This document shows, in pieces, positions 1-10,324 of a DNA stretch of 64,000 bases. Source of the stretch: an uncultured Alphaproteobacteria bacterium (GTDB taxonomy: Bacteria; Pseudomonadota; Alphaproteobacteria; CAAHEQ01; UBA3637); contig CAKPYQ010000001.1 of the NCBI GenBank assembly GCA_934203105.1, positions 37,270 to 101,269 of the forward strand, read 5' to 3'. A model generated the notes under the pieces. That model made no database searches and was not told the DNA's origin. It saw only the letters and a list, made by a program, of their open reading frames with translations. Each line of letters begins with the position of its first letter. The first letter of the stretch is position 1. A program made the position numbers and the translations under genes.

Positions 1-37
1 GCCTCTTTTATCAATATATCTGGCGGAGGTAACACCT

Positions 38-412
38 ATGAAACAAAGCATTTTTTTGATTTTAATTGTTTTTGCATTGGCGGGCTGTCAAGCAAAAGTT
101 TCCAATTATGAACGTTTTTTAAATTCGTGGCTGGGTAAATCAGAGGCGGATTTAGTTGCTACTTGGGGAGCGCCTGTCAATATGCAAACGATCGCCCCTA
201 ATCGGCAGATATTCACCTATATTCAAGAAAAACAAATTACAGTTCCGGCCGGCCAACCCGACGAACAAATTTTGGGACAAAACAGCCTGTACAATCAAAA
301 CAACGATATGTTAGGTTCGGTTTATGATTATTACTGTCAAACGACATTTACGACGCAAGACGATATCATTGTTGATTATGCTTGGTCCGGTGATGCGTGC
401 CTGATGCAATAA
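38..412 (+). CDS. putative lipoprotein (signal peptide ending in lipobox L-A-G-C)
   Basis: The N-terminus MKQSIFLILIVFALAGCQ is a typical SPase II signal with a lipobox. An RBS-like ggaggt lies upstream. No recognisable catalytic motif. Confidence 0.55.
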   Translation: MKQSIFLILIVFALAGCQAKVSNYERFLNSWLGKSEADLVATWGAPVNMQTIAPNRQIFTYIQEKQITVPAGQPDEQILGQNSLYNQNNDMLGSVYDYYCQTTFTTQDDIIVDYAWSGDACLMQ

Positions 413-1369
413 TTATTTTTGCTTTTGATATTTACCGCGACGCAAAAGCCCATAAATCCAATCGGACAACAAAAACAAACAACTGATCGCAAGCGGTAGA
501 AAATAATACAAAACCCGAAAGCTGATCAATACGGCAAGCAAAGGCAATTTTTCGGCGGGGGTGTGTTGAAACAGGTATAAAAAGCCGGCCTCAAACACGC
601 CCAACCCGCCGGGGACTTGCGTTGAAATCCCAATCATTTGCGCTAATAGGAAAATAACGGCTACATGAATATACGGCGCATCCAAATGCGCACAAAACAA
701 TGTATAAAACACCAAAGACGCCGAAAAAATATCAACGCCGCCCACAATCATTTGCTTTAATGTTAAGCTCAATGTCGGCGCCGTAATTTCAATATTCCCC
801 CATTTAAATCGACGTTTCGGGCACACGACAAACAAAACGTACGCAAGCAAAGCCAAAGAAACAAAGATTGCACCGGCGTCCAGCCAAAATTGATAGGCCG
901 CTAAATGCCCCAAATGCATAAAGTGAGACAAAATCAAACAAATATCCAAAACGATCCCCATCCCCATCAAAAATGTCAGGCTTTCAAAGGCGATCATTTT
1001 CAAAACTTGAAACTCAGTTAATCCGGCTTTGGAATAGAAGAAATATCGCACAGAGCCGCCGGCCATATAAGCGTGACCTGTTGTATTCGTTACTGAAAAG
1101 CCTACAAACGCCGTTTTTAAAACCAATTGTTTTTTCAAATGCGCGCCGATATAACGCAAAGCCAAAAAATCATACCCTGACAAAGCCACATAATCGCACG
1201 CGATAAAAAGCAATGTTAAACCCAAAATCCACAAAGGCAATTCGGTGACTTTATCGACGATTTGATCAAATCCCAAAGTGTGGATTTCTCGGTATACCAG
1301 CCATAAGGCAAGTCCGAAAAAAAACACGCCCATAAACTCAATACCGATTTTTAATATCTTCTTCAACAT
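413..1369 (-). CDS. polytopic membrane protein of the UPF0104 / lysyl-phosphatidylglycerol-synthase transmembrane-region (flippase-like) family
   Basis: The 318-aa product is highly hydrophobic with about 8 predicted TM helices. The N-terminal region resembles the LPG_synthase_TM / UPF0104 family from memory. The family assignment is tentative. Confidence 0.45.
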   Translation of the reverse strand: MLKKILKIGIEFMGVFFFGLALWLVYREIHTLGFDQIVDKVTELPLWILGLTLLFIACDYVALSGYDFLALRYIGAHLKKQLVLKTAFVGFSVTNTTGHAYMAGGSVRYFFYSKAGLTEFQVLKMIAFESLTFLMGMGIVLDICLILSHFMHLGHLAAYQFWLDAGAIFVSLALLAYVLFVVCPKRRFKWGNIEITAPTLSLTLKQMIVGGVDIFSASLVFYTLFCAHLDAPYIHVAVIFLLAQMIGISTQVPGGLGVFEAGFLYLFQHTPAEKLPLLAVLISFRVLYYFLPLAISCLFLLSDWIYGLLRRGKYQKQK

Positions 1370-1463
1370 AACTTAATAAATGGCGCAAATGACAAAAAAA
1401 ACAATTGATTTATAGCCGAAAAAAGAGTAAAACATATTTACTTATGTAAAAGGATATAACAAA

Positions 1464-1865
1464 ATGAAACATATTTTATTTGCGCTTTCAATCTGTCTGG
1501 TTTTATCCGGTTGTACGTCCGTCACCGAAACAATAACAGCCACCGACAAAACGAATGATGTCAACTTACAAACGGCGATAATCCGTAAAGATTATAAACC
1601 GATGGGACGTGTTCATGCAGAATATTCCAGAACGTGTTTTTTCTTAAACCTGTTTTGCACAGCACCCTATTATCCCCACAACGATTTAATTGCCCAGGCC
1701 GAAAAGTTGGGTGCAAATGAAGTAATAAATACAGTATTAGACATATCTCAAACGCCGGCGATTTGGTCTGTTTTCTTTTCTCATACAACGGTTAAAGCCA
1801 ATGGATTGGCGATATTATTAACGCCCGAAGATTTAACCCGATTAAAAACAATCAATAAAAAATAG
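1464..1865 (+). CDS. putative lipoprotein (lipobox L-S-G-C)
   Basis: The signal peptide MKHILFALSICLVLSGCTS is followed by a hairpin plus T-run terminator. Confidence 0.5.
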   Translation: MKHILFALSICLVLSGCTSVTETITATDKTNDVNLQTAIIRKDYKPMGRVHAEYSRTCFFLNLFCTAPYYPHNDLIAQAEKLGANEVINTVLDISQTPAIWSVFFSHTTVKANGLAILLTPEDLTRLKTINKK

Positions 1866-1867
1866 AT

Positions 1868-1907
1868 AAAAAAAGCGCCCCGATAAAAGGACGCTTTTTG
1901 TTTTTTA
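1868..1907. terminator. putative bidirectional rho-independent terminator between convergent genes
   Basis: The sequence aaaaagcgccccgataaaaggacgctttttgtttttt forms a short GC stem (aaagcg/cgcttt) flanked by an A-run and a T-run. Confidence 0.4.
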
Positions 1908-1921
1908 AAGGATCAAAGCTT

Positions 1922-2191
1922 TTAGTCTTCTTCGTCCAAACGTTTATTGATTTTTGCGATTTTCTTTTCGCAACCATCGGCCAATTCGTCTTGTCCGTTT
2001 TTATCCGCCCAAGCTTTTAATTCCTTTAAAACCGCCACTTTTTGCGTATCCAAACTGCGCAACATATCTTTGACGTTTTCCGGTAATTTGCTCCATACGG
2101 GGTGGATTAAATGATGCAAATGAACTTTGCCATCGGCCATACAGCCGCAATCTTTTTCGGTTGTGCAACCGCAGTTTTCTTTATTTTCCAT
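1922..2191 (-). CDS. hypothetical small cytosolic protein with paired CGC cysteine motifs (possible metal-binding)
   Basis: 89 aa beginning MENKENCGCTTEKDCGCMADGK. A Shine-Dalgarno ggaggt precedes the ATG. Confidence 0.4.
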   Translation of the reverse strand: MENKENCGCTTEKDCGCMADGKVHLHHLIHPVWSKLPENVKDMLRSLDTQKVAVLKELKAWADKNGQDELADGCEKKIAKINKRLDEED

Positions 2192-2288
2192 CTGAATACC
2201 TCCTTTTTTTCATATCAAGATGACACAAAAATATTTAAGGCGTTATTCAAATAACGTCAATCGCACTTTGGTCTATAAGACTTTTGAT

Positions 2289-2603
2289 TTAAGCGTCCAA
2301 CGCCGGCAAGCGTTCGACTTTTTTCAACGGAACCATATATTCACGAACAATCGATTCATCGTGTACTTCGATCATCAGCAACTTTGACACTTTTTGCAAA
2401 GCCTCGCGCACTACTTCCGGAACGTCCGCCAGATAAATCGTTTGATCTTGGTTGCGGTAAAGCAAAATCTTATCCGCACCATCATATAAAATTTGCGGTC
2501 TGTTGACACCACCCAAGCGCGCACGAATCGCAATCAAGACTTCGTCGTCTTCATTCAACAGAATGTCATATTCATCTACCGGTTCAATAATTACTTCTGA
2601 CAT
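2289..2603 (-). CDS. hypothetical protein (start chosen at internal Met with RBS)
   Basis: The ORF track begins at 2663, but the Met at 2603 (MSEVIIEP...) is preceded by aaaaaggacgatat. No family recognised. Confidence 0.4.
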   Translation of the reverse strand: MSEVIIEPVDEYDILLNEDDEVLIAIRARLGGVNRPQILYDGADKILLYRNQDQTIYLADVPEVVREALQKVSKLLMIEVHDESIVREYMVPLKKVERLPALDA

Positions 2604-2718
2604 ATATCGTCCTTTTTTATAAAATAAGACTGCTCCTTTTTCTATAATACTTGATTTTAGCAATAATTGAAAGAAAAAATTTATTTTTTTTATGACAAAA
2701 AGCTTGGCAAATAGCGCA

Positions 2719-3504
2719 TTAGCCTAAAATCAAAAAGCTAAGCAAGATCGCACCCAACAAAACACGATAAATCATAAAGGCAAAAAATGAATGTTTCTTA
2801 ACAAAGCCCATTAAAAACCATATAACGATCAAGCCGCCCGCAAAAGAAAACAGCACGCCTTGCAAAAACACTTCGTTCAACACCCGCATTTGATGATTAA
2901 GCACCAATTTTAACAACAGCCAACCGCCGGCCGCACCAATCGCCGGAATAGAAAGCAACATTGAAAACTTGGCCGCGTCCGAACGATTAAGCCGGCAACA
3001 GCGCGCGCTGGTCATCGTAATGCCGGATCGGCTGGTCCCCGGAATCAGCGCCAAACATTGGGCTATACCAATCAACAAAGCGTCTTTATATGTCATTTGA
3101 GAGATATTTTTATCTGCTTTATTGTATCGATCTGCCAACCACAGAATAACGCCAAAAACAATCAACATAACGGCAACGATATAGGGGCTGCGAAAAACTT
3201 GTTCGATACAATTTCCCGCAAACAATCCCAAAACCAAAATCGGCAACGTTGCCACAATCAACAACAACGCCGTTTTACGGGAATTTCCGCCCGTAAAAAG
3301 CCCGATAAACATCGTCCATAAATCACGAGCAAAATAAACACAAACCGCCAACAATGTGCCAATGTGCAAGGCGATATCCAATGCAACGCCTTGATCCTGC
3401 CAGCCCAAAATAAAGGGGAGTAAAATTAAATGACCGGAAGAGCTGACCGGCAAAAATTCGGTTATACTTTGCAACACGGATAAAACAAGCGTATGAATAA
3501 ACAT
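2719..3504 (-). CDS. uppP: undecaprenyl-diphosphatase (bacitracin-resistance protein BacA/UppP)
   Basis: The signature ITEFLPVSSSGHLIL and an about 8-TM profile match UppP. The length of 261 aa is typical. Confidence 0.9.
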   Translation of the reverse strand: MFIHTLVLSVLQSITEFLPVSSSGHLILLPFILGWQDQGVALDIALHIGTLLAVCVYFARDLWTMFIGLFTGGNSRKTALLLIVATLPILVLGLFAGNCIEQVFRSPYIVAVMLIVFGVILWLADRYNKADKNISQMTYKDALLIGIAQCLALIPGTSRSGITMTSARCCRLNRSDAAKFSMLLSIPAIGAAGGWLLLKLVLNHQMRVLNEVFLQGVLFSFAGGLIVIWFLMGFVKKHSFFAFMIYRVLLGAILLSFLILG

Positions 3505-3561
3505 TTTTTCCTTTTATTTTTTACTGGCTATTTAATGCGAAAAAGGATATCATCTTTTCAT

Positions 3562-5580
3562 ATGTTTGAAAAGAAAATAATGAAGAATTTAACAAATTTT
3601 ACACAAACCTTATTTGAATGCGAAAGCCAAAGACTGAACTTATGGCTGCCGGTGGCATTTGCTTTGGGAATCATTTGCTATTTTTCATTACCCTTTGAGC
3701 CAACACTTTTTATCCCCATCCTCGCTTTTATTTTATCCTTGACGGGATACATGGTTTTGCGCTTAAAAAGCAATGCCGCACTTTTGCTTTTGTTTATCGC
3801 ATTTTTCTTGGGCGGTTTTATACGCATTTTAATCCAAACGGATATAGCGGCCGCGCCCTTTATTCATAAAAGCTATTCTTTCGTATCCGTTGTCGGACGC
3901 GTCGAAAAAGTCGAATGGCGACAAGCCGGCATTCGGTTGACTTTATCCGAACTTACAATCAACAAAATCCCCGAAAAAGAAAAGCCCGTTCGGATTCGCG
4001 TCTCCGCAAATGGCCATAAAATCATACCAAAAGTCGGTGATTTTGTCGCATTAAAAGCCAAACTATCGCCGCCATCGCTTGCGTGGTACCCGAACGGATA
4101 TAATTTTGCAAGATTGGCTTTTTATCAACAAATCGGCGCAACCGGTTTTGCAACCAGTCGTTTAAAAGTCATTTCAACCAACAATAAAACCAGCCGTCTG
4201 GAAAATATCAGAATGGCCATCTTAAAACGCATTTTAAGCATTTTGCCCAAAGACACGGGAAACATAGCCGTTGCTTTGGTAACCGGAGAACAAGGCGGTG
4301 TTTCACCCGCCATTCGCGACAATTACACCGGCGCCGGCATTGTTCACGTTTTGTCCGTATCCGGATTTCATATGAGCTTAATTGCCGGATTTATCTTTGC
4401 CCTGCTCCGGTTTATATTCAGCCTTATTCCCACGATATCTTTACGCTATAACACCAAAAAGATTTGCGCTTTGTTGGCATTGATTTTAACATTCGGCTAT
4501 TTACTGATTTCCGGAATGGCCATACCGGCCGTCCGATCCTATTTAATGATTGCTTTCGTCTTAATTGCGGTCATATTGGACAGACAAGCATTATCAATGC
4601 GTTCGGTTATGTGGGCCGGATTTTTAATTTTACTGATCAGCCCGCAAGTCTTACTAACCGCCAGTTTTGCATTATCTTTCGGCGCAGTGATTGCTTTGAT
4701 TGCCGGCTATGAAAGCTTGGGCCAACAGTTCAAACACTTCTTTGCGGCAAAGCCCGCATGGGTTAAATGGACGTTGGGTGCTTTTTGTGTTTTCATCATT
4801 ATGAACTTAATCGCCCATTTTGCAACCGCACCGATTGCCGCTTACCATTTTCACCGATATAATAATTACGGCGTACTGGGCAACTTTTTAACCAGCACGA
4901 CATTCAGCTTTTTAATTATGCCACTGCTGTTTATCGCTACTATTTTAATGCCGATCGGATTGGATCGCCCGTTTATTTTCATCGTCGGATTTTTATTGGA
5001 GAAAATCAATTCAGTGACTGCGTGGATTAACTCGTTGCCTTATGCTACGATTTTTATTCCGTCCTTTCCCGATTGGGGATACGGGCTGATTTTATTCGGC
5101 GGATTATGGATTTGCATTTGGCAAAGCAAAATCCGTTATTTAGGCTTTGCGATTTTAATGATCGGAACGCTTTCGCTTTTCTGTCATCAAACGCCGGACT
5201 TGATTATCGGGCAAGGCGGCAAGTTAATCGCTGTGCGCCAAGACGACTCTTTTGCCTTTACGGATTTGCGCAAACAAAAAGCTTTTCGCAAAGCGTGGTT
5301 GGAAGCCAACGGCATAGATCCGACCGAACACCAATATAAAATAAACAACACCGACAACTTCACCGTCAAAGGATTAAAAATCAACCCGACCGGCAAAGGA
5401 TCGGGCGACATCATCATTAACACAAGCGGTAAAGCTTGCTTTGCCCGAAAGCTGTGTATCCCGCGCGGCAAATTATGGAAAGAAGGAACGCATACGTTAT
5501 TTATCAAGAACGGGGACATTAAAATTGAAACTTCGGCCGACGGCACTTTTAACCGCCCGTGGGGACAAGGAAAGTTTTAA
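3562..5580 (+). CDS. comEC: ComEC/Rec2-family DNA-internalisation competence membrane protein (start uncertain)
   Basis: The competence-domain motif GAGIVHVLSVSGFHMSLIAGF lies in a polytopic membrane protein of about 670 aa. The ORF-track start at 3493 would overlap the divergent uppP start. The start was therefore moved to the Met at 3562, with 3535 or 3580 as alternatives. Confidence 0.75.
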   Translation: MFEKKIMKNLTNFTQTLFECESQRLNLWLPVAFALGIICYFSLPFEPTLFIPILAFILSLTGYMVLRLKSNAALLLLFIAFFLGGFIRILIQTDIAAAPFIHKSYSFVSVVGRVEKVEWRQAGIRLTLSELTINKIPEKEKPVRIRVSANGHKIIPKVGDFVALKAKLSPPSLAWYPNGYNFARLAFYQQIGATGFATSRLKVISTNNKTSRLENIRMAILKRILSILPKDTGNIAVALVTGEQGGVSPAIRDNYTGAGIVHVLSVSGFHMSLIAGFIFALLRFIFSLIPTISLRYNTKKICALLALILTFGYLLISGMAIPAVRSYLMIAFVLIAVILDRQALSMRSVMWAGFLILLISPQVLLTASFALSFGAVIALIAGYESLGQQFKHFFAAKPAWVKWTLGAFCVFIIMNLIAHFATAPIAAYHFHRYNNYGVLGNFLTSTTFSFLIMPLLFIATILMPIGLDRPFIFIVGFLLEKINSVTAWINSLPYATIFIPSFPDWGYGLILFGGLWICIWQSKIRYLGFAILMIGTLSLFCHQTPDLIIGQGGKLIAVRQDDSFAFTDLRKQKAFRKAWLEANGIDPTEHQYKINNTDNFTVKGLKINPTGKGSGDIIINTSGKACFARKLCIPRGKLWKEGTHTLFIKNGDIKIETSADGTFNRPWGQGKF

Positions 5581-5583
5581 GCT

Positions 5584-7290
5584 TTATTCGGCGTTATCTT
5601 GTGTCACATACAAAGGCCAACGCCCTTCGATCAAGTTATCCAAAGAATCGACATTTTGGTTCATCAAAGTTTGATAGATCCAATAATTTGCCATAATTCG
5701 TTCGACAAAACCCCGCGTTTCACGGAAAGGAATGCTTTCGATAAACAACAAAGGATCGTCATTATACTTCATTCTGGTTTTCAACTTGTACAAATTACCG
5801 GGGCCGGAGTTATAAGCTACCGCCGTAAAAAGCAAATTGTTTTGAATTTGTCGATCCTTCATCAACCACAGCAAATAATTTTGCCCCAAAGCCAAATTGT
5901 ATTCGGGCTCGGTCAACTTTTTTTGATCCCATTCCAATTTTAAACGCCGCGCAATTTGGCGCGCATTTGATGGCATTAACTGCATCAACCCCAGCGCACC
6001 GACCGAACTTTTAGCCTTTTCATTAAAACACGATTCTTGTTTAACAAAAGCAAATACCAACGCTTTATCAACCGTCCAACCGTTTTGCGGTTCCCAATCA
6101 GGAGCCGGATAGCGTGGCGCTTTTTCATCATTATCCAAGTTGCCGGCAATACGCGTTAAATCCGCGGCTATGCCATTTTTTTCGGCCACCGCCACCAATA
6201 AAGAACGCGTATCCGAATCGGCCTTTAAGAACAAGGCGGCCAATTCTTCGCGTGCCATTTTTTCTTGCCCTATTTGCTTTAAAGCCAAAACACGGCGGAA
6301 AGTCGGGTGCGAAAATGTTTCGGTCACATCATCTTCCGGTAACACAGGCTTTGCCCAAGTATGGTTTAAATCTTGCCCCAGCGCACGCGTTGCCATAATA
6401 CCATAGAATGTACGCGACGATTCGGCTGCCTTTTCCAAATATGAATTCACCACAGCAAAATTGCCCATTTTTAAATTAGCACGACTGGCCCAAAAAGCCG
6501 CTGCGGATTTTAACAAAGGATACGCTTTAGGGCTGTTGACAATCTTATCAAAATGAAAGGCAGCCTGTTCAATTTTGCCCATACGCCAAGCGGACAGCCC
6601 AAGCGTCCAATGCCCCAATGGCAACTTGTCACCGGATCTGGCCACCGCTTTTTGCCCCATTTCAAAAACTTTATCGTCCATACCGTCCAAAAAGTACGAA
6701 AAAGCCAACGCTATCCGCGCCGCATCATGATCCCGAACATTAAATAATTGTTTGGCGTCACTGCCTTCAATTAACTGTTTAGCATTCAACGTACGGCCGG
6801 CTTTAATATAGCGCACAATTTGTTTCATTGTCTTTTGTGCTTTTTTGCGCTTGTCCCCCGAAAGATATGAAAATGACAAGTTTTCAATGCTGTTAATCGG
6901 CTCTGCCCGATACACAAAAGAGCATGTTCCGGCACGCCCGCCATATAAAGGCGTCGGTTGTTTTTTGGGCAATTTAGCTTTCTTTTTAACGCCCAAAGAA
7001 TACATGCGGGACGCTTCGGGGTGATCCGAATATTTTTTCATCCACGCTTCGATTTCCTTTGCTTTTGTGCGCCACGTTTTGGAAAAATATCGCCCCGCCA
7101 ACACATGCCCCATTAACAAAGGGTCCGATAATTTTGCAATTTTTTTATCCGCCGTCGTCCAATCTTCTTTTTTTTGCAACGCAAAGATTTTTTCATACAG
7201 TTCAGCGTCCGAAGATGATAAAACACCTTCGCCATACGCCGGACAAACAAGCACGGACAAAAATAAAATAAACGCAAAAATTCGTTTCAT
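5584..7290 (-). CDS. soluble lytic murein transglycosylase (Slt70 family), signal peptide
   Basis: The C-terminal lysozyme-like domain carries ESCFNEKAKSSVGALGLMQLMP ... AYNSGPGN. The N-terminal region is superhelical and alpha-rich. The signal peptide is MKRIFAFILFLSVLVCPAYG. Confidence 0.8.
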   Translation of the reverse strand: MKRIFAFILFLSVLVCPAYGEGVLSSSDAELYEKIFALQKKEDWTTADKKIAKLSDPLLMGHVLAGRYFSKTWRTKAKEIEAWMKKYSDHPEASRMYSLGVKKKAKLPKKQPTPLYGGRAGTCSFVYRAEPINSIENLSFSYLSGDKRKKAQKTMKQIVRYIKAGRTLNAKQLIEGSDAKQLFNVRDHDAARIALAFSYFLDGMDDKVFEMGQKAVARSGDKLPLGHWTLGLSAWRMGKIEQAAFHFDKIVNSPKAYPLLKSAAAFWASRANLKMGNFAVVNSYLEKAAESSRTFYGIMATRALGQDLNHTWAKPVLPEDDVTETFSHPTFRRVLALKQIGQEKMAREELAALFLKADSDTRSLLVAVAEKNGIAADLTRIAGNLDNDEKAPRYPAPDWEPQNGWTVDKALVFAFVKQESCFNEKAKSSVGALGLMQLMPSNARQIARRLKLEWDQKKLTEPEYNLALGQNYLLWLMKDRQIQNNLLFTAVAYNSGPGNLYKLKTRMKYNDDPLLFIESIPFRETRGFVERIMANYWIYQTLMNQNVDSLDNLIEGRWPLYVTQDNAE

Positions 7291-7295
7291 CAGCC

Positions 7296-7964
7296 CTACA
7301 TTTCAGCCAATCTTAAACGACATTGCTCGGCTGTCAAACCTTCCATAGAGCACGTTGTAACATTAAACTTTGCCCCCTTTGTCACGCGGTTGCATACATC
7401 GCCTGCCAAAGCGATGCCGACCGACGCATTGCCTCTGATGCCGACGTCGGTAAAGTCTGCAAAAGTTTTGGTGTCGCCCCAAGTATATTCAACATGTATT
7501 TGCTTTAACTGGCGCGGCGTGTAGTTAAAAACATTTAAACGCATTTGACAATATTGCATACCGGTCGATGTCGTCGTAATACGAAAATCGGTTGTCGATA
7601 AAAAGATTCTGTCCTGCATCATATAATCGGCATATTGTTGTTGTTGCTCAGGTGTCATTTTTTCCATCAAATCACCACGCAATCCGCGTCTGGTTGCTTC
7701 AATTTCTTCGTCTGATTTGGCAACCGGAACGGGCGCTTTGCTACCGTCGTCCATATCCATCATTTCCGGATTCGAGTTTTGCGGAATAACCAATTCGCCC
7801 GTTTTTTTATCAAAATAAACTGGTTCGTTTTCCTCCGACAATCCATCAGGCGCAATATCGCCCCTGCTTTTCAGCATTTCCAACTGCTGCGGGGTTTGAG
7901 CCAAAGCCGACATAGCGGTGAAAATCACTCCCAACCCAAGCGTTAAAACAAAAGAATGTTTCAT
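7296..7964 (-). CDS. hypothetical secreted protein
   Basis: The signal peptide is MKHSFVLTLGLGVIFTAMSALAQ. No recognised domain. Confidence 0.4.
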   Translation of the reverse strand: MKHSFVLTLGLGVIFTAMSALAQTPQQLEMLKSRGDIAPDGLSEENEPVYFDKKTGELVIPQNSNPEMMDMDDGSKAPVPVAKSDEEIEATRRGLRGDLMEKMTPEQQQQYADYMMQDRIFLSTTDFRITTTSTGMQYCQMRLNVFNYTPRQLKQIHVEYTWGDTKTFADFTDVGIRGNASVGIALAGDVCNRVTKGAKFNVTTCSMEGLTAEQCRLRLAEM

Positions 7965-8042
7965 TTTTATCTCCTTTATTTCTTTACATAAGCGAATTTA
8001 TTTTATAGTATACAGTAATAAGTTCAATTCGTAAAGGAAGAA

Positions 8043-9422
8043 ATGATGAAATATTATTTTTGTGGTATCGGCGGCATTGGTATGAGTTCCATTGCTCAGT
8101 ATTTTGCTTTAAAAGGTCATACAGTTTGCGGTTCGGATCGAGCGTTTGATTTGGGTGACAACAAACGCGGCAAAGACTTTTTGCAAAGTTTAGGCATTAC
8201 CATTTTCCCGCAAGACGGCAGCGGTGTCACAAAAGATATCGATTATTTTGTTACGTCTACGGCGGTGGAGGTACAAATTCCCGATGTGAAAAAAGCCGTT
8301 GATTTAGGCTTGACAATGCGTCGGCGCGCCGAAATGTTGGCCGAAATCCTACACTCTTATACAGGCATAGCCGTTGCCGGAACCAGCGGAAAGACAACGA
8401 TCACCGCGATGATCGGCCATATTTTAACGATGTGCGGCTTATCGCCGACAATCATTAACGGCGGGATTTTAATCAACACCTATCACGAAAATGCAACACC
8501 TTCTAACTTCATCATGGGAAGCGGTAATTTTTGCGTCATCGAATCGGATGAATCCGACGGCACTATCGAACTTTATCACCCCGCAATTTCGGTTGTTTCA
8601 AACATTTCTTTGGATCATAAGCCTTTGGACGAATTGCGCCCGTTATTTATCAACTTCATCGAGCGCACAGAACAAAGCGTTATTTTAAATTTGGATTGCG
8701 CGGAGACAGCGGCGTTGAAAAACATTCATAAAAACACCCTGACCTTTTCGTGCAACGCAGACAGCGGCGCAACTTTGATTGCTGCGGACATTACGCCCGC
8801 CGAACAAGGAATTGATTTTAAAGTCAACGGCATTGACGCACATTTGCAGGTAATGGGTCTGCACAATGTACAAAATGCTTTGGCTGCCGCAGGAGCGGCT
8901 ATGGCGGCCGGCGTTGAATTAAAAGATGCTTTATCGGCTTTATCTTCATTCAAAGGCACCAAAAGACGATTAGAAAAAATCGGCACAATAAATGGTGTGA
9001 CGGTTTTTGATGATTATGCTCATAACCCCGAAAAGATCGCAGCTTCGCTTCAAACACTGCATCAAGATGATCATACTTTGTGGGCAATTTTTCAACCCCA
9101 CGGTTTTACGCCGACAAAGCTGATGAAAAACGATTTAATCAAAGCTTTTATCGAAAAATCGGGAGTCAACGATGTTTTGCTTTTCCCTGAAATATTTTAT
9201 CAAGGAGGGACCGTTTCAAAGGATATTTCCTCAAAAGACTTGGTTGATGCGTTGATTAAAGCCGGCAAAAAAGCTTTCTTTTTTGAAAATCGTCCGGATA
9301 TTGCCGATTTCATCGCAAGCAAAGCCCAAAACGGCGACCGCGTTGTTGTTATGGGCGCAAGAGATAACAGCTTAACGGCTTTGGCAAAGGACATTTTAAA
9401 TAAAATCGGAGAAAAACAATGA
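8043..9422 (+). CDS. Mur ligase of the MurC/Mpl type (UDP-N-acetylmuramate:L-Ala or murein tripeptide ligase); genomic context favours the recycling enzyme Mpl
   Basis: The N-terminal YFCGIGGIGMSSIAQYF...GSD is the MurC/Mpl nucleotide-binding signature. The central GTSGKTT is a Mur-ligase P-loop. The gene is immediately followed by an LD-carboxypeptidase (peptidoglycan recycling pair) and lies outside any dcw cluster. Confidence 0.7.
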   Translation: MMKYYFCGIGGIGMSSIAQYFALKGHTVCGSDRAFDLGDNKRGKDFLQSLGITIFPQDGSGVTKDIDYFVTSTAVEVQIPDVKKAVDLGLTMRRRAEMLAEILHSYTGIAVAGTSGKTTITAMIGHILTMCGLSPTIINGGILINTYHENATPSNFIMGSGNFCVIESDESDGTIELYHPAISVVSNISLDHKPLDELRPLFINFIERTEQSVILNLDCAETAALKNIHKNTLTFSCNADSGATLIAADITPAEQGIDFKVNGIDAHLQVMGLHNVQNALAAAGAAMAAGVELKDALSALSSFKGTKRRLEKIGTINGVTVFDDYAHNPEKIAASLQTLHQDDHTLWAIFQPHGFTPTKLMKNDLIKAFIEKSGVNDVLLFPEIFYQGGTVSKDISSKDLVDALIKAGKKAFFFENRPDIADFIASKAQNGDRVVVMGARDNSLTALAKDILNKIGEKQ

Positions 9423-10303
9423 AAACAGTCGGTTTGTTTAACCCGTCCAGCCCGTCGTACAGCCCCATCAATATGGAGCGCATCACGGCGTGGTTTCAAA
9501 GCAAAGGATTGAACATTATTCAATCCGAACATTTGTTTTCATACGAGCGTTTTTTATCGGGAACAGACACTGAACGCGCCGCCGATGTAATGGCTTTGTT
9601 TCAAAACAAAAATGTCGATATGATGATCGCATTAAAAGGCGGATACGGTTCGGCACGCATTTTGGATTTATTGGATTTTGATAAAATTGCGCAACACAAA
9701 AAAACGTTAATCGGCTTTTCGGATACAACCGCTTTACAATTGGGATTGTTGGCAAAGGTTGGCCTAAAAAGTTGGACGGGATTATCTCCGCGGCGCGATA
9801 TTGCCGACGCTCAAACGATGGATCAGCTTCTTTCGAAAAGCTTTGATTTGTTTTTGTCCGGCGGCTCTGTTTCATTACAATTGCAACCCTTAACAAAAAC
9901 CGCATCAAAAGATATATCGACCCCGTTAATCGGCGGGACATTATCGCTTTTTTGCGAATTGCTTGGCACACCTTATTTGCCGGATTGTACAGGGGCTTTA
10001 TTATTTTTGGAAGACGTTAAAGAAGAACCGTATAAAATCGACAGAATGTTAACGCAACTGCGCTTATCGGGCATTTTAAGCAAAGCAGCCGGCGTTATTT
10101 TCGGCGATTTTTATAAGTGCATATCCAGCGATGAAAACGACGGCTTGATGATCGAAGTATTAACGGATTTAGCCGAACGATTACCCGAAGTTCCGATGTG
10201 GACGGGCCTGCCGTACGGGCACAGCGATACACGAATCATTATGCCGATCGGATATACGGGTCGCATTCAAAAAAATACTTTATTATTTGACTATCACACT
10301 TGA
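9419..10303 (+). CDS. LD-carboxypeptidase (peptidase S66, LdcA-like muramoyltetrapeptide carboxypeptidase)
   Basis: The S66 pattern is present: GFSDTTAL (Ser nucleophile region) and a C-terminal HSDTRIIMP-like His region. The gene overlaps the upstream Mur ligase by 4 bp. Confidence 0.7.
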   Translation: MKTVGLFNPSSPSYSPINMERITAWFQSKGLNIIQSEHLFSYERFLSGTDTERAADVMALFQNKNVDMMIALKGGYGSARILDLLDFDKIAQHKKTLIGFSDTTALQLGLLAKVGLKSWTGLSPRRDIADAQTMDQLLSKSFDLFLSGGSVSLQLQPLTKTASKDISTPLIGGTLSLFCELLGTPYLPDCTGALLFLEDVKEEPYKIDRMLTQLRLSGILSKAAGVIFGDFYKCISSDENDGLMIEVLTDLAERLPEVPMWTGLPYGHSDTRIIMPIGYTGRIQKNTLLFDYHT

Positions 10304-10324
10304 AAAAAAACGAAAGGATTACAA

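Noticed and set aside
973-1206. 77-aa plus-strand ORF
   Set aside because: It is antisense within the UPF0104-like membrane protein gene.
3058-3321. 87-aa plus-strand ORF
   Set aside because: It is antisense within uppP.
5599-6747. Plus-strand ORFs 5599..5943, 6114..6398, 6140..6406 and 6553..6747
   Set aside because: They are antisense within the lytic transglycosylase gene.
8043-9422. Considered calling this gene murC outright
   Set aside because: The N-terminal GIGG motif is MurC-like. However, the gene is isolated from any dcw cluster and paired with an LD-carboxypeptidase, which favours the paralogous recycling ligase Mpl. The gene symbol was left blank.
9516-9971. 151-aa minus-strand ORF
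   Set aside because: It is antisense within the LD-carboxypeptidase gene.
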